Notes under the pieces: generated by a model
Database searches by the model: none
The model's input: the letters and a program-made list of their open reading frames with translations, nothing else
Told to the model about the DNA's origin: nothing
Part shown: piece by piece, positions 25,079 to 34,999 of the stretch
How the letters are laid out: each line of letters starts with the position of its first letter
Position numbering within the stretch: position 1 is the stretch's first letter
DNA from: Schizochytrium sp. TIO01
Taxonomy: Eukaryota; Protista; Bigyra: Labyrinthulomycetes
Reading direction: 5' to 3'
Assembly (NCBI GenBank): GCA_004764695.1
Contig: SMSO01000035.1
Coordinates: forward strand, 1,302,001-1,366,000
DNA: 64,000 bases
Translations under genes and position numbers: made by a program

Positions 25079-25630
25079 GTGAAGGTTAGTGCCACGTATT
25101 CAGTTATATCTTCATATACATACTCAGCGTACTCTAAAGGTGACTATGATTCGGAATACCGTGAGTCTACTGGATATTCAACTACTGCAGATAATGCATA
25201 TTCATTTAGTTTGAGTGGTAGTAGTAGTAGTGATGACTCTAGATACTCAAGTGCATTTGCATCATCGGGTGGAGTCTATAGCTCAGGTGATAGCGGTCGC
25301 AGGCGCGTCGGTAGTCTAAGGCGCCGATTAAGCATGCCGGACGATAAATACACTATTCAAGAGGATGCTAACACGTTGACACATCACCTTAACAACTGAA
25401 CACGTAATTTGCAAGCATCCTGTGATAAATACACATCTGATGTGGTGGTTTCTAACTCAACAACTGATGAGGACCAACAACAACAACAACAACAACAAGA
25501 TGATGATGATGATAATACAGAGGATGAAGACTATAGTTCTTTTGATATTACGACGGCAATCGAAGTAACAACAAGCGAAGAATCAACAAACCCAACGACT
25601 TACCCTCCTCTACCACCCGTCGAAATCTAA
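25079..25630 (+). pseudogene. Fragment of a Ser/Thr/Asp-rich extracellular-type protein with an in-frame stop
   Basis: ORFs 25079-25399 and 25409-25630 share a frame, separated by one TGA; S/Y-rich, RRRLS motif, polyQ/polyD, TNPTTYPP; no clear start. Confidence 0.35.
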
Positions 25631-26013
25631 CAAAATAGTAAGAGGATATCAAAACATTCAAGACATAAAGCTCTTCTTTGCGGGCATACACTCTGTAACC
25701 GATTTAATTGCAGGCTAGCGGACTGCTTTATGAAACTCTCTTCAGATGGTGCAATGGCAACCCATATTGAACCTCAGTTCTCACCACACAAGTATGCGCA
25801 ACCCATTTTCCCCTCAATCTCCTCTATCTCTTTTCAAGTTTTCTTTAACTAAAGTACATTGTAAAAGAGCAAAGCGCCATAAACTGACGAGAACAAAAGT
25901 TTGTCGAGACTGCTTGCGCTGTTGGAGATCTGAATGCCTCCAGGATTGTCTCTGAGAGTAAATACATGAAGTCTTAATCCATCTTCTGGCAGCCGTGGAC
26001 TCTTGGAAGAGCG

Positions 26014-26784
26014 ATGAATCCTTTATTGTCACTCCATGCTCATGGCGGACCCCTGGTGGCCACTCGCCTGGTCTCTCAGGGCACAGCATCACAAGCAAGT
26101 AAAACCTGCTCAGCGATTCGGCATTTGAGCAGTGGTAGGCGAAGGAAAAACTCGCCATGGATATCTCGCCAGGCTAAAGACCCCTTTGTAGCAGCAAGAG
26201 AAACAGAAGGCTTCAGGTCCAGGTCCGCCTTTAAACTTGAGGAGATGGACCGAAAACTTCGCATTCTCAAGAATGCTAAAGTCATTGTAGACCTCGGTGC
26301 CGCTCCAGGAGGTTGGACGCAAGTCGCTGTCAAACATTGCAAACCATCTACCAAAATCATCATGTGTGACCTCCTCGCCATTAAACCTATCGATGGCTGT
26401 GTTGCAATTCAAGGTGATTTTCTTGAGCAAGAGATTCAGGACCGCGTACGTGCGGAAGCATTGGCTGCATCTGGTACTCCATATGTTGATGTTGTCCTCA
26501 GTGATATGGCACCAAATACAATCGGGAATCCGCAGATGGATCACCTGCGGCAAATGGAGCTTGTCGAAGCCGCATGGGACGCTGCTCAGAACATTTTGCA
26601 TCCTGAACAAGGAAGCTTTCTTGTGAAAATTTTCCAGGGGTCCGAAGAGCCTGCATTTGCAAAAGAGATGAAGAAGGCCTTTCGTGAGTTTAAGAGAATC
26701 AAACCATCTGCTACGCGCCAGGAATCCCGAGAAGTTTACTTTTTTGGACGTGGCTTCTGCAAAAAGGAAACGCAACAAAGTTAG
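26014..26784 (+). CDS. MRM2: RrmJ/FtsJ rRNA 2'-O-methyltransferase, probably mitochondrial (MRM2/RlmE-like)
   Basis: FRSRSAFKLEEMD, VDLGAAPGGWTQVA (SAM binding), VVLSDMAPN, LVKIF and SREVY give the K-D-K-E tetrad; basic Ser-rich N-terminal extension resembles a presequence. Confidence 0.9.
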   Translation: MNPLLSLHAHGGPLVATRLVSQGTASQASKTCSAIRHLSSGRRRKNSPWISRQAKDPFVAARETEGFRSRSAFKLEEMDRKLRILKNAKVIVDLGAAPGGWTQVAVKHCKPSTKIIMCDLLAIKPIDGCVAIQGDFLEQEIQDRVRAEALAASGTPYVDVVLSDMAPNTIGNPQMDHLRQMELVEAAWDAAQNILHPEQGSFLVKIFQGSEEPAFAKEMKKAFREFKRIKPSATRQESREVYFFGRGFCKKETQQS

Positions 26785-27147
26785 AGGTGTTCTCGATTGT
26801 TTGTGTTGTTTCTGCTTGTTTTTTTGTTTAAAAGATATATACGTTTTTATTGAAAAACATCTTACACAATTACCTTGTATCAAAAGGCTCTAGGTTGAAA
26901 GCTGAACCACTTTCATATTTTCAAGAAACTAGCAGATCTCATGACAATATAAAGTTATTCTTGGGCTATTTGCGAAAGGTTTCTTTTCATTTATTTTGTT
27001 TGCAGCCTTATAATTAACTTAGGATTTAATCTGGTCATATGATATTCCATAAACTCAAGAAACTGACGCTTTAAATCTATTATGAAGATTGGAGAAAATA
27101 TTTAGATTAGAGAAGAACGACATGAATACAATGAGAAATACAACGCT

Positions 27148-28686
27148 TTACCGGCCTCCGCGGTTCTCAATCTGCTGCTGATGACCGAAAGTTTTGCCTA
27201 AAAGCATCTCGCGGTCAAACGAATTCTCTGCAAACTTCTTACGATCGACTTTGCGTCTGTCCATGCGCATCTGATCCACTGTTGCAGTCTCGATTGCTTG
27301 AGCTGCGGCTGCATCATCGCCACCAAACCCCCATGCCTCGATGATGAAAGGCTTAAACCCACTTGTGCCGTCAGGATTTGCAGGGCGAAGGTACCCTTGC
27401 TCATATGTGAGATCAAAGTCTGCCGCACGACAGTTTTCAAAATTACGATCAAGCCATAGACGAGGATTGTTCTCGTCACCTCCAAAGCCCAAACCATGAA
27501 TTCCAGACTTACCACGACAACGCAGAAACTGAAAGTGATTTGTGCCTGGCGACGATCCATCCGTGCGAGCACATATCGTTCGAAACGTGGGCCGAAGGGA
27601 AGTCAAAACACTGGAGGACTTACCATAGAACTGCGGTAACTCTTGCCATGTTTCAGATACAAGACCACCAAAAACACTTCCCTCTGCATCTTGAATGACC
27701 ACAAGTGTTGGGCCTGGGTATCCTAGAAGAGCTTTGGCAAGCATATCGAAACTCATTCCTTGTTTGTTACTCGAAAAAAGGAGGTCCCAGCGTGAACTTG
27801 CACGGGAGTCTCCACATGCCAATGCAAATGCATCACATGGACGCACAATCTCGCTCTGCGTTAATGCACTCTGCGAGATATTACCAGCAGCTTTACCATG
27901 TTTTTCAGCACAAAGAATTTTCTCATTGAAAAGTTTATGAAGACCTTCCTGTAAAGACGGGCTTTGAGCACTGCACCACCGATTGAACATGCCAAAGTTC
28001 AAGTTCACCTTTTCAGCTCCATCGATCTTAGCCTGCTTCTCTGCAAAAACTTGGAAACCTGTTACCATCGCGGCACTTTCAAAAGACCCCGGGTTGCCTG
28101 CAGCATGAAACAAAAGTTGAAGAAGCTGTCCAAAGAGTTCTGGTGTAGTTACTGTAGAGGCCCCGCTGCCTTCGCTATTCGGACCAAGTGCACCAGCAAA
28201 AATCGCTCGACGAATGTCGCTCGTGGAACCCCGAACAAGATTAGCAACCACATCAATAAAGATCTCAGTGCTGATACTAGATTCGGTGTTTCCATTCTGG
28301 CGAAATACTCGCGCCAAAGTTGTTGCATCGTCTTCAGCAACTCCCAATACTGCAGCAAGCTTTTTACTGCATACTTCTCCAGCTTTAAAAGATTTGTGCT
28401 GTTTGAGCTCCTTTGAAGCGGAGTTATTGGATGAGTCGTTAGCATCGCTGGAACTCTCTCTCTCAGATGATACTCCAGGAGCAATCGGAGGGGTCGCAGG
28501 TGCTGCTTCTGGCACTGTTTGGACACTTGCAACTGTCACAAGAACTTCTGTCAGCTTCGTGAGTTCGCCATGGCGAGCTCTGATCTTTGCGTAGTCTCCG
28601 TTTTCGAGTAGTGGGTGCTTCCGAGCGCCAGATGAACCCGAATTGCTAGACGCGGAGTCCTTTGTTTTGCTTCCGGTCAGACCCAT
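27148..28686 (-). CDS. TLDc-domain protein (MEAK7/Rtc5-like) with N-myristoylation motif
   Basis: MGLTGSK N-terminus; TLDc motifs WDLLFSSNKQGMSF, GPTLVVIQDAEGSVFGG, GLGFGG and IEAWGFGG. Confidence 0.87.
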   Translation of the reverse strand: MGLTGSKTKDSASSNSGSSGARKHPLLENGDYAKIRARHGELTKLTEVLVTVASVQTVPEAAPATPPIAPGVSSERESSSDANDSSNNSASKELKQHKSFKAGEVCSKKLAAVLGVAEDDATTLARVFRQNGNTESSISTEIFIDVVANLVRGSTSDIRRAIFAGALGPNSEGSGASTVTTPELFGQLLQLLFHAAGNPGSFESAAMVTGFQVFAEKQAKIDGAEKVNLNFGMFNRWCSAQSPSLQEGLHKLFNEKILCAEKHGKAAGNISQSALTQSEIVRPCDAFALACGDSRASSRWDLLFSSNKQGMSFDMLAKALLGYPGPTLVVIQDAEGSVFGGLVSETWQELPQFYGKSSSVLTSLRPTFRTICARTDGSSPGTNHFQFLRCRGKSGIHGLGFGGDENNPRLWLDRNFENCRAADFDLTYEQGYLRPANPDGTSGFKPFIIEAWGFGGDDAAAAQAIETATVDQMRMDRRKVDRKKFAENSFDREMLLGKTFGHQQQIENRGGR

Positions 28687-29007
28687 TGGGCCAAGTGCTT
28701 GTCCAACGAGCGAGACTAACTATGGACACAATGTGTTTTTAGTATTGATCTCATACTACTTTAAAGTTGAAAATTGAAAGTGCCATTATCTTAATATAAT
28801 TCTACAATATCCAGTTTAGTATTATTTTTTTCTTTTCAATCGCAACTTCATCACGAACTCTTAAAAGAATTATTGAGTGTCTCGATACTCCAAGCATAAT
28901 GCAATGCTGTAGAATTATAGCTGTAACAGTGGAACCTATTCTTAATAGTCAGAAACAATAAAATAGTCATTCTGGTTTATGTCAGAATGGTCTCAACTAG
29001 CCTGTAC

Positions 29008-30468
29008 TCAATGATCAGCTGGAGCAACAATTTCCAAGAGATCATGAGCTGCTGTTGATTTCCAAATACCTACAACTTTATCTTTACGGAATCGGAGAAA
29101 TAACTCCCGGTTCTTAGGACGTCGTAAGATCATGTTCATATTGTTATGCGAAAGATCGAGACAGCGAAGTGCGGTTGCTGAGTCGATAGCTTCAGCAAGA
29201 GCCTCCGCAGCTTCCCCAGCTCCAATGCTGTTGTTTGCTAAGTCGAGATCAACAACTGCGTCGTTATCTTGAAGGAAATCTCGTGCAATAGTAATTCCGC
29301 CTTCACGACCAAGATTATTATAACGAAGATTCAGTGTATATATTCTGCGCTGATAGGCTGCTTTGATAAAATGTGTAACTCCCTTTGCCCCAAGCCCACA
29401 ATCATGAAGGTTTAAGTGCTTCAGGAATTGACACTTACTCAGAATTACTGCCAAATACTCACCACCCTCTGGCCCCAAGGGGTTTCCCCGTAGGTCTAGA
29501 TGCTGTAAATTAGCACAACGACTCAAAATTGAGGTGAGAGATTTGAAGCCTACATGCCCAATCTCATTCTTGGGAAGCACAACGCGCTCCAATGTTCGCT
29601 TGTACTTTAATGACTTTGCAAGGGTGTGTGCTCCCTCATCCCCGAAATCAAAGAAAGCCTTTGAGGCGTGTTGCTGCTTCAAGATATGCTCCCACCGCTC
29701 AAGATTGCGCTCAGCCTTAGTCATCACGGATTGCAATTGCGATTCGTATTGATCGCATTGTATTCTACGAAATTCATAAAGTGCATTGTCGTGTTCTTCC
29801 TGAGCTTCCTTCAGTTTTTCGCGAGCCTGCAATCGCCGCCGAGCGCAAGATATCTTTAAGCTAACCATGACCATGTGCTCGTCATCCTGCGTACGAATAT
29901 CAACAATTGCTTCGCGAACAGTTTCTACTTCTACATCAATTCGTTCGCGAGGGTCCTTTTCCTCTTCATCGGAGTCATCGTCGAACTTTTTAGCAGAGGC
30001 ACCTATCTTTAATTTTCGTTTCGAAAGGGCGCTCATGATTGACCTGGCTGATCTCCGAGGCTCTTTATCTATATTATCAGCATTAGGGTCCGCTCCATTC
30101 CCTTGGTTTGCAGCTGTGCTACCTCGTTTTGAACTGGACCTTTTTAGGCTGCTTTTAGATGCAGATCTTCTCAAGCTATTTGCACCTGCGATTTCATCGT
30201 CATCTTTGTTGCTAGCTCTCCTTTTTCCTGAAGAGCTTTTTACACTGCTCCGACGTTCCTCCAAATTCCCATCGTCAATGTTACCCAATCTTGTGTCTTT
30301 GGCAAAGTCCTCGTTGGTGCTTGCACCCTCGTCACTCTTCTTCTTATCATCAGTAACAGCGTCCTCCCTCACTACACCCAAGACTTCTTCGTCTTGGACA
30401 CCTTCCCCTTCATCGCTTTCGCCACCGCTTTTGGCAGATGCACGCTTGTGTCTGCGTGGGAGTCTCAT
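29008..30468 (-). CDS. Ribonuclease-inhibitor-like leucine-rich repeat protein with disordered N-terminus
   Basis: C-terminal LRRs (LQHLDLRGNPLGPEGG, LKHLNLHDCGLGAKGV, LDLANNSIG, LRCLDLSHNNM); ATG at 30468. Confidence 0.85.
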   Translation of the reverse strand: MRLPRRHKRASAKSGGESDEGEGVQDEEVLGVVREDAVTDDKKKSDEGASTNEDFAKDTRLGNIDDGNLEERRSSVKSSSGKRRASNKDDDEIAGANSLRRSASKSSLKRSSSKRGSTAANQGNGADPNADNIDKEPRRSARSIMSALSKRKLKIGASAKKFDDDSDEEEKDPRERIDVEVETVREAIVDIRTQDDEHMVMVSLKISCARRRLQAREKLKEAQEEHDNALYEFRRIQCDQYESQLQSVMTKAERNLERWEHILKQQHASKAFFDFGDEGAHTLAKSLKYKRTLERVVLPKNEIGHVGFKSLTSILSRCANLQHLDLRGNPLGPEGGEYLAVILSKCQFLKHLNLHDCGLGAKGVTHFIKAAYQRRIYTLNLRYNNLGREGGITIARDFLQDNDAVVDLDLANNSIGAGEAAEALAEAIDSATALRCLDLSHNNMNMILRRPKNRELFLRFRKDKVVGIWKSTAAHDLLEIVAPADH

Positions 30469-31408
30469 AGTAACCAAGTCACTCGTTTGTTTGCTTGAGG
30501 TGGGCTCCCAACCTTTGTGAGCGTGGAATTACTATGTCCGCAACTTTGCCCTGAGCAACACATAGATCATGTGAAGTCCTTGTCAACGGCTTTTTTCCTT
30601 TGGTCAGATATGAGTCCCTTTCTTCGCTTGTTGCAGTTTTCACTTTCCTAGCTTGTCCTTAAAGATAAATATGGGCCAAATTATTTGCGAGCGCTGTTAG
30701 GCAAGGGCTCCAGAGCTAAATGTAAGGAGAACAGTGCGATCAATTCTTTGATGTGGCTTGCACCTGCTTCTGTTTCATGTAGAATTACCATTTCAATGAA
30801 ATTATGATGACTATAACGACTAGAGCATCCGTGAAGTATGGTAGGAGTGCGCTCCCTACTTTACATGTTGATTTTATTACTTTATAAGCTTGCAAGATGT
30901 TAAGCAACCATCCCCAATCACTGCAGTTTCTTCTTTGCTTAGTTTTGCTGACAATGTATTCCATCATCAATTTTCCCAGTAGTGAACACAGTCCTTTCAT
31001 TACAATGCGTGCGATTTGGAAAACAGGAAATAGGATCCTTACATGACTCGTTATAATTTTTACGTGTGTATAGTGAGTTCTTAACCTCATTTCCAGGATT
31101 GTTGTTTAAAACTGAGTATTCTGTGTACCTGTCGATTATCCGTTTAGCCTATCTTGAAGGTAGCTGAGCTCTTGTCTTGTTTTTATTTATATATATATTT
31201 TTAATAGAAGTGTGTACTCTTGCTTGCGAATTGTATTCTCAAAACTTTGAACTTCTATGCACTCTCACCTTTGGCCAACAAAGGTTTGCTGACGGACAGC
31301 ACCAAGTGCGCCGTCCACGTCGCTTCGCTTGCATGGCGAAGCATCTATAGTTGCTGCAGAACGAACCACGGAACTGTAGCATAGAGGAACGAGGACTGTT
31401 CCGTAACG

Positions 31409-33202
31409 ATGCAGAAAACCCTGCCTCCACCCTTGTTTCAAGGCCAGGTAAAGACTCCTGAGCAGTGCAACGAGACAGTCAAAGAGTTCTTGGAAAATGA
31501 AGATAATATTCTCGACCCACAACTTCAGGAACTGGAAAGTCTTTATCAACATAAGCTTGTTTTTCAAGAATGTCAACTTCGCGAGCTGAGGGAAAAGCTT
31601 GATGACATAAAATGTGGACGAGAGGAGGATCGCGTCAGGTTTGCGGAAACACTTGCGGAAAAGGACAAAGAGCTTCGCGAGTCTATTGCTTCCCTTGAAG
31701 TCAAGCAAGAAGAGGATGAAAATGCAAGAGAAGAATACGGGGAATATATTCGAAAGCACTATGAATCTGTTGCAAAACAGGTAGAACAAGAACACTCTTT
31801 CGAAATTGCAACGTTGCATGCAAAAATTAATGAGTTTGAGCGCCGTCAAATAGATCGTAATATTTTACAAAAGCAGGCGAGTGAGATAGTCGAGTTAAAA
31901 CGCTCAGCCGAAATCATGCGCGGTGAACTGGCTAACCAAAAGTCAGAGTTCATTGCACAAATGGCCCAGAAAGATGCTGCACACGCTGCAAGATTAGCTG
32001 AGGAAACAAGAGATTTGCGGAATGCCAAAGAAACCCTTACTGAAGCTTTACAAAGTAAGACGATGGAGGCTGTGCATATGGCCCAAAAGGTTGAGAAATT
32101 AGCTGCTGATCGAAATGCATTACAGCACGCATTAGCGGAGGCAAATGAGAAGCTTGGCCCATTGGAGCGTGATATTGCACTCCTGCATCAGCAAGGAGAT
32201 CTTTATGAAACTGAACGCGTCCAAAATGCAGATAGTCTTGCAGGCTTAAATCACAAAATAAGTGAACTGAATACAAAAATTAAAAGTCAGGCTAATGCTC
32301 TTCAGAAAGAAAGGGCGATAATTCGCGTGCGTGAACAAAGTATTCTAAATTTTCAAAATGCACTGTATGAGCTTATGCATAGTGAAGAAAGGGACCAAGA
32401 GGGTCACTTAACGCATGGACTTCTTGAGCTTTACGACAACTTTGTTGCAGGCTCTGAGCTTGAAGCTACACTCGCGGACCCAGACGATGGCCATCTTGGA
32501 CCAGAAACACCTGCAAAATCTATTCAACAGAAACTTCCTGTCCTTGAATTTATGAGACAGCGTCAGGCACTGCAACGTGTAGTTCATTGTAAATCCCGAG
32601 ACGCCAAACGTGCCGAGAGCCAGCTAACACAGCATAAGAGAAATTCCCAGGCACAGCATGCGGTGCTTCTTGCGGACAATAAATCGCTACGACGTCGTTT
32701 AGTTTCGTTAGAGAGAAAAAATAGGCTTATTGAATCTCAGCTATTTCAAAGTAAGCAGCAAGTGGATCAACTGCGTCGTCGCCGCGGACTAACACAAGGT
32801 AAGAACCCAGTCACAAATGCTGGCCAAGCGCGAGTTACAATGATTGATGAAATCATTAACGACGCTCGATCCTGTGCCACGGGGAAGCTCCCCCCGGCAT
32901 CATCTGGAACTCAACCCCCTCCTACAGTTTCTAGTGTCATGAATCCTGCGTTGAATCAGCGAGCTACTGCATTGCAAAGTGAGGTTCAATCTATTTACGA
33001 TGAAGAAGAAGTGGGTTCTCCGCAGTGGACGATGGCTCCCCCTTCGCGTTCTTTAAGTACCTCAAATTTGCGTCAGAAGCAACCACCCATCAAGGCGAAG
33101 GTACCCAAGGTTACTACTAAATCCAACAAAGACCTTCTCGACAGCGATGACGATGAAACGCGACTACAAGACCCTCTTCAACCTTGGTCCCGTCTCCCAT
33201 AA
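31409..33202 (+). CDS. Long coiled-coil protein resembling the C-terminal half of CFAP57/WDR65
   Basis: 597 aa heptad-rich ORF; LYQHKLVFQE, KQVEQEHSFEI and EFMRQRQALQR...LLADNKSLRR recall the CFAP57 coiled coil; 5' end uncertain. Confidence 0.7.
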   Translation: MQKTLPPPLFQGQVKTPEQCNETVKEFLENEDNILDPQLQELESLYQHKLVFQECQLRELREKLDDIKCGREEDRVRFAETLAEKDKELRESIASLEVKQEEDENAREEYGEYIRKHYESVAKQVEQEHSFEIATLHAKINEFERRQIDRNILQKQASEIVELKRSAEIMRGELANQKSEFIAQMAQKDAAHAARLAEETRDLRNAKETLTEALQSKTMEAVHMAQKVEKLAADRNALQHALAEANEKLGPLERDIALLHQQGDLYETERVQNADSLAGLNHKISELNTKIKSQANALQKERAIIRVREQSILNFQNALYELMHSEERDQEGHLTHGLLELYDNFVAGSELEATLADPDDGHLGPETPAKSIQQKLPVLEFMRQRQALQRVVHCKSRDAKRAESQLTQHKRNSQAQHAVLLADNKSLRRRLVSLERKNRLIESQLFQSKQQVDQLRRRRGLTQGKNPVTNAGQARVTMIDEIINDARSCATGKLPPASSGTQPPPTVSSVMNPALNQRATALQSEVQSIYDEEEVGSPQWTMAPPSRSLSTSNLRQKQPPIKAKVPKVTTKSNKDLLDSDDDETRLQDPLQPWSRLP

Positions 33203-33439
33203 CGTGGCGTCCTACGTTTGTCCTATTGTAAACTTTTTTATTTCTTTTACATCTTGACTCCCCTTTCTTTTTGAATGGCAAAAATCACACGTGAAAAGAA
33301 ACGGGAGAATGCAACTTTGTTACCCTTCTTTACATCTACTTTTCATGAGTGCCACCTATTTTCAAACTAGCACTAAACACTTGACAATTTATTGAGTTTT
33401 CTCGTGAATCAAGTGAAACAATCACCCAAAGTACTTATT

Positions 33440-33576
33440 AGTTTCGGGGCGGTATCAGTGGGGCTTCTTCACGCCGACGGTGGCGGGGATATGCTCACGA
33501 GCGGCCTTGGTGGCGAGCTGCTTACGGGGGGCTTGCCCCAAGTGGACCTGCGGGTGGTCTGCTGCGTACGGCCCAT
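33440..33576 (-). pseudogene. H3: Histone H3 pseudogene fragment (N-terminal tail, residues ~1-45)
   Basis: Reverse complement reads [15 protein letters not shown](fs)[29 protein letters not shown] versus canonical [46 protein letters not shown]; one 1-nt deletion and one stop. Confidence 0.88.
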
Positions 33577-33650
33577 GGTTGGTTGCTTGGTTGCTTGGTT
33601 GCTTGGTTGCTTGGTTGCTTGGTTGCTTGGTTGCTTGGTTGCTTGGTTGC
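33577..33650. repeat. (GGTTGCTT)n 8-nt tandem repeat directly 5' of the H3 fragment ATG
   Basis: Directly visible. Confidence 0.9.
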
Positions 33651-33774
33651 TGGAATACTTACGGGTTTGCTTGCTGGTTTGAACGACCTCACGCGGAATC
33701 TAATCGCCATACCGAGGAGAAAAAACTGAATTAAGCTAACCTAAGCTAGTCCTGTCACGTGGCATGATTATTCT

Positions 33775-34540
33775 TAGTGCTGACTTGTAAAAACTGCTCG
33801 AATCATTCGTATTTTACACAGGCATGCTGTGCCTTTCTCTGTGCTGCTAAGTGCGCCTCTGCTTTCAAATTTCACACAGTTATGCTTGGCGTGAACGTTT
33901 CAAGGTTTGTGCTATATTCTTCTAAGTCGATGTCTGGCTCATCACTTCCTGCTGTGATACGCGAGGGCCCCACCAAGACCAAGTCGTCTTCGTCGGCACT
34001 GTTCGTGAAGTTCTCCCACGAGAATTTTACACGAAGCAAGTTGGAGAGCGCAAAGGGGCCAGTCACCGTCTGGTCGATACCTGAGTTCTCACGATCCAGG
34101 ACAGCGCTGAGATACGTTTTGGCGTACCGAGACGAAGAGTCACTCTGCACTTTGCGAGACGAAAGTTTCACAAACGGGACGATGGAGAGCTGCTTCTTTG
34201 GCCTACATGTAATGGTAACATCTACGGATTCACGATCGTAGGCAAGCGTCTTAAACTGCAGCCCCGACGGATGCTGGTAGGACTGTCCAAAAAGTTGCAT
34301 GCGAACACTACCCACACCCCTTCCCGCGGGATTTGGCAGCTGACGGGCGGTCAAATGTCAGCAGAATACTGCGATCATTTCCCACGGTGAACGAAGACAA
34401 ACTGGGCGCAAGGCGGCGTCTTGGCTAGTGGCAGCATCTATGTAGAACTAAGCCACAGCGCGGTACCCAGTAGGGCCCTTGAGAAGCAGGACACATATCT
34501 TGTCAAAAATCCACGATTCCACTCTTGATTCTCACACCAT
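33775..34540 (-). pseudogene. Decayed coding sequence, unknown family
   Basis: 160-codon open segment (33872-34354) that continues in frame upstream through isolated stops; protein-like composition; no motif recognised. Confidence 0.3.
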
Positions 34541-34999
34541 CCGCCAAGAAATCAAGGCCGCTCTGCCTCGTCCTCATTAGGAAATAGGAATAATTACTTT
34601 CATATCCGTTAAACAAAAAAATCAAAAAAGTCTCACTTAGAATTGTGTGCGATATCAAATGTATATGTTATTACTACAAAAAGGATTGTGAAGATACTGA
34701 AATCTTGTATCACTATTATTAGTGAAACCCATAAGGTAGTGTTATCACCTAAGCATAACTATTTACGTACCTACTATGCGCTCTCAAGTGCCAATCCAGG
34801 ATCCAAGAATCCTACTTTCGTATTTGAATCCTTCGTTGAACCTTTACTCGTTTCATTTCACACACGCAATGATGGCTACAAATGCGACCATAATTAGTCC
34901 CTGTGCTCCTTCTCATAGTAGTAGACCTCAAACTAAGGAAACTAGGTTGGGCAAGTTGGCAGAATCAGCTTGCCAGCCAAACGTAGAGCTTGCGGCAGA

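Noticed and set aside
26110-26883. 257 aa minus-strand ORF
   Set aside because: Antisense shadow of the RrmJ/MRM2 gene
29867-30520. 217 aa Ser/Leu-rich plus-strand ORF
   Set aside because: Antisense shadow of the charged N-terminus of the LRR gene
33392-33682. 96 aa plus-strand ORF
   Set aside because: Antisense of the H3 pseudogene plus the 8-mer repeat
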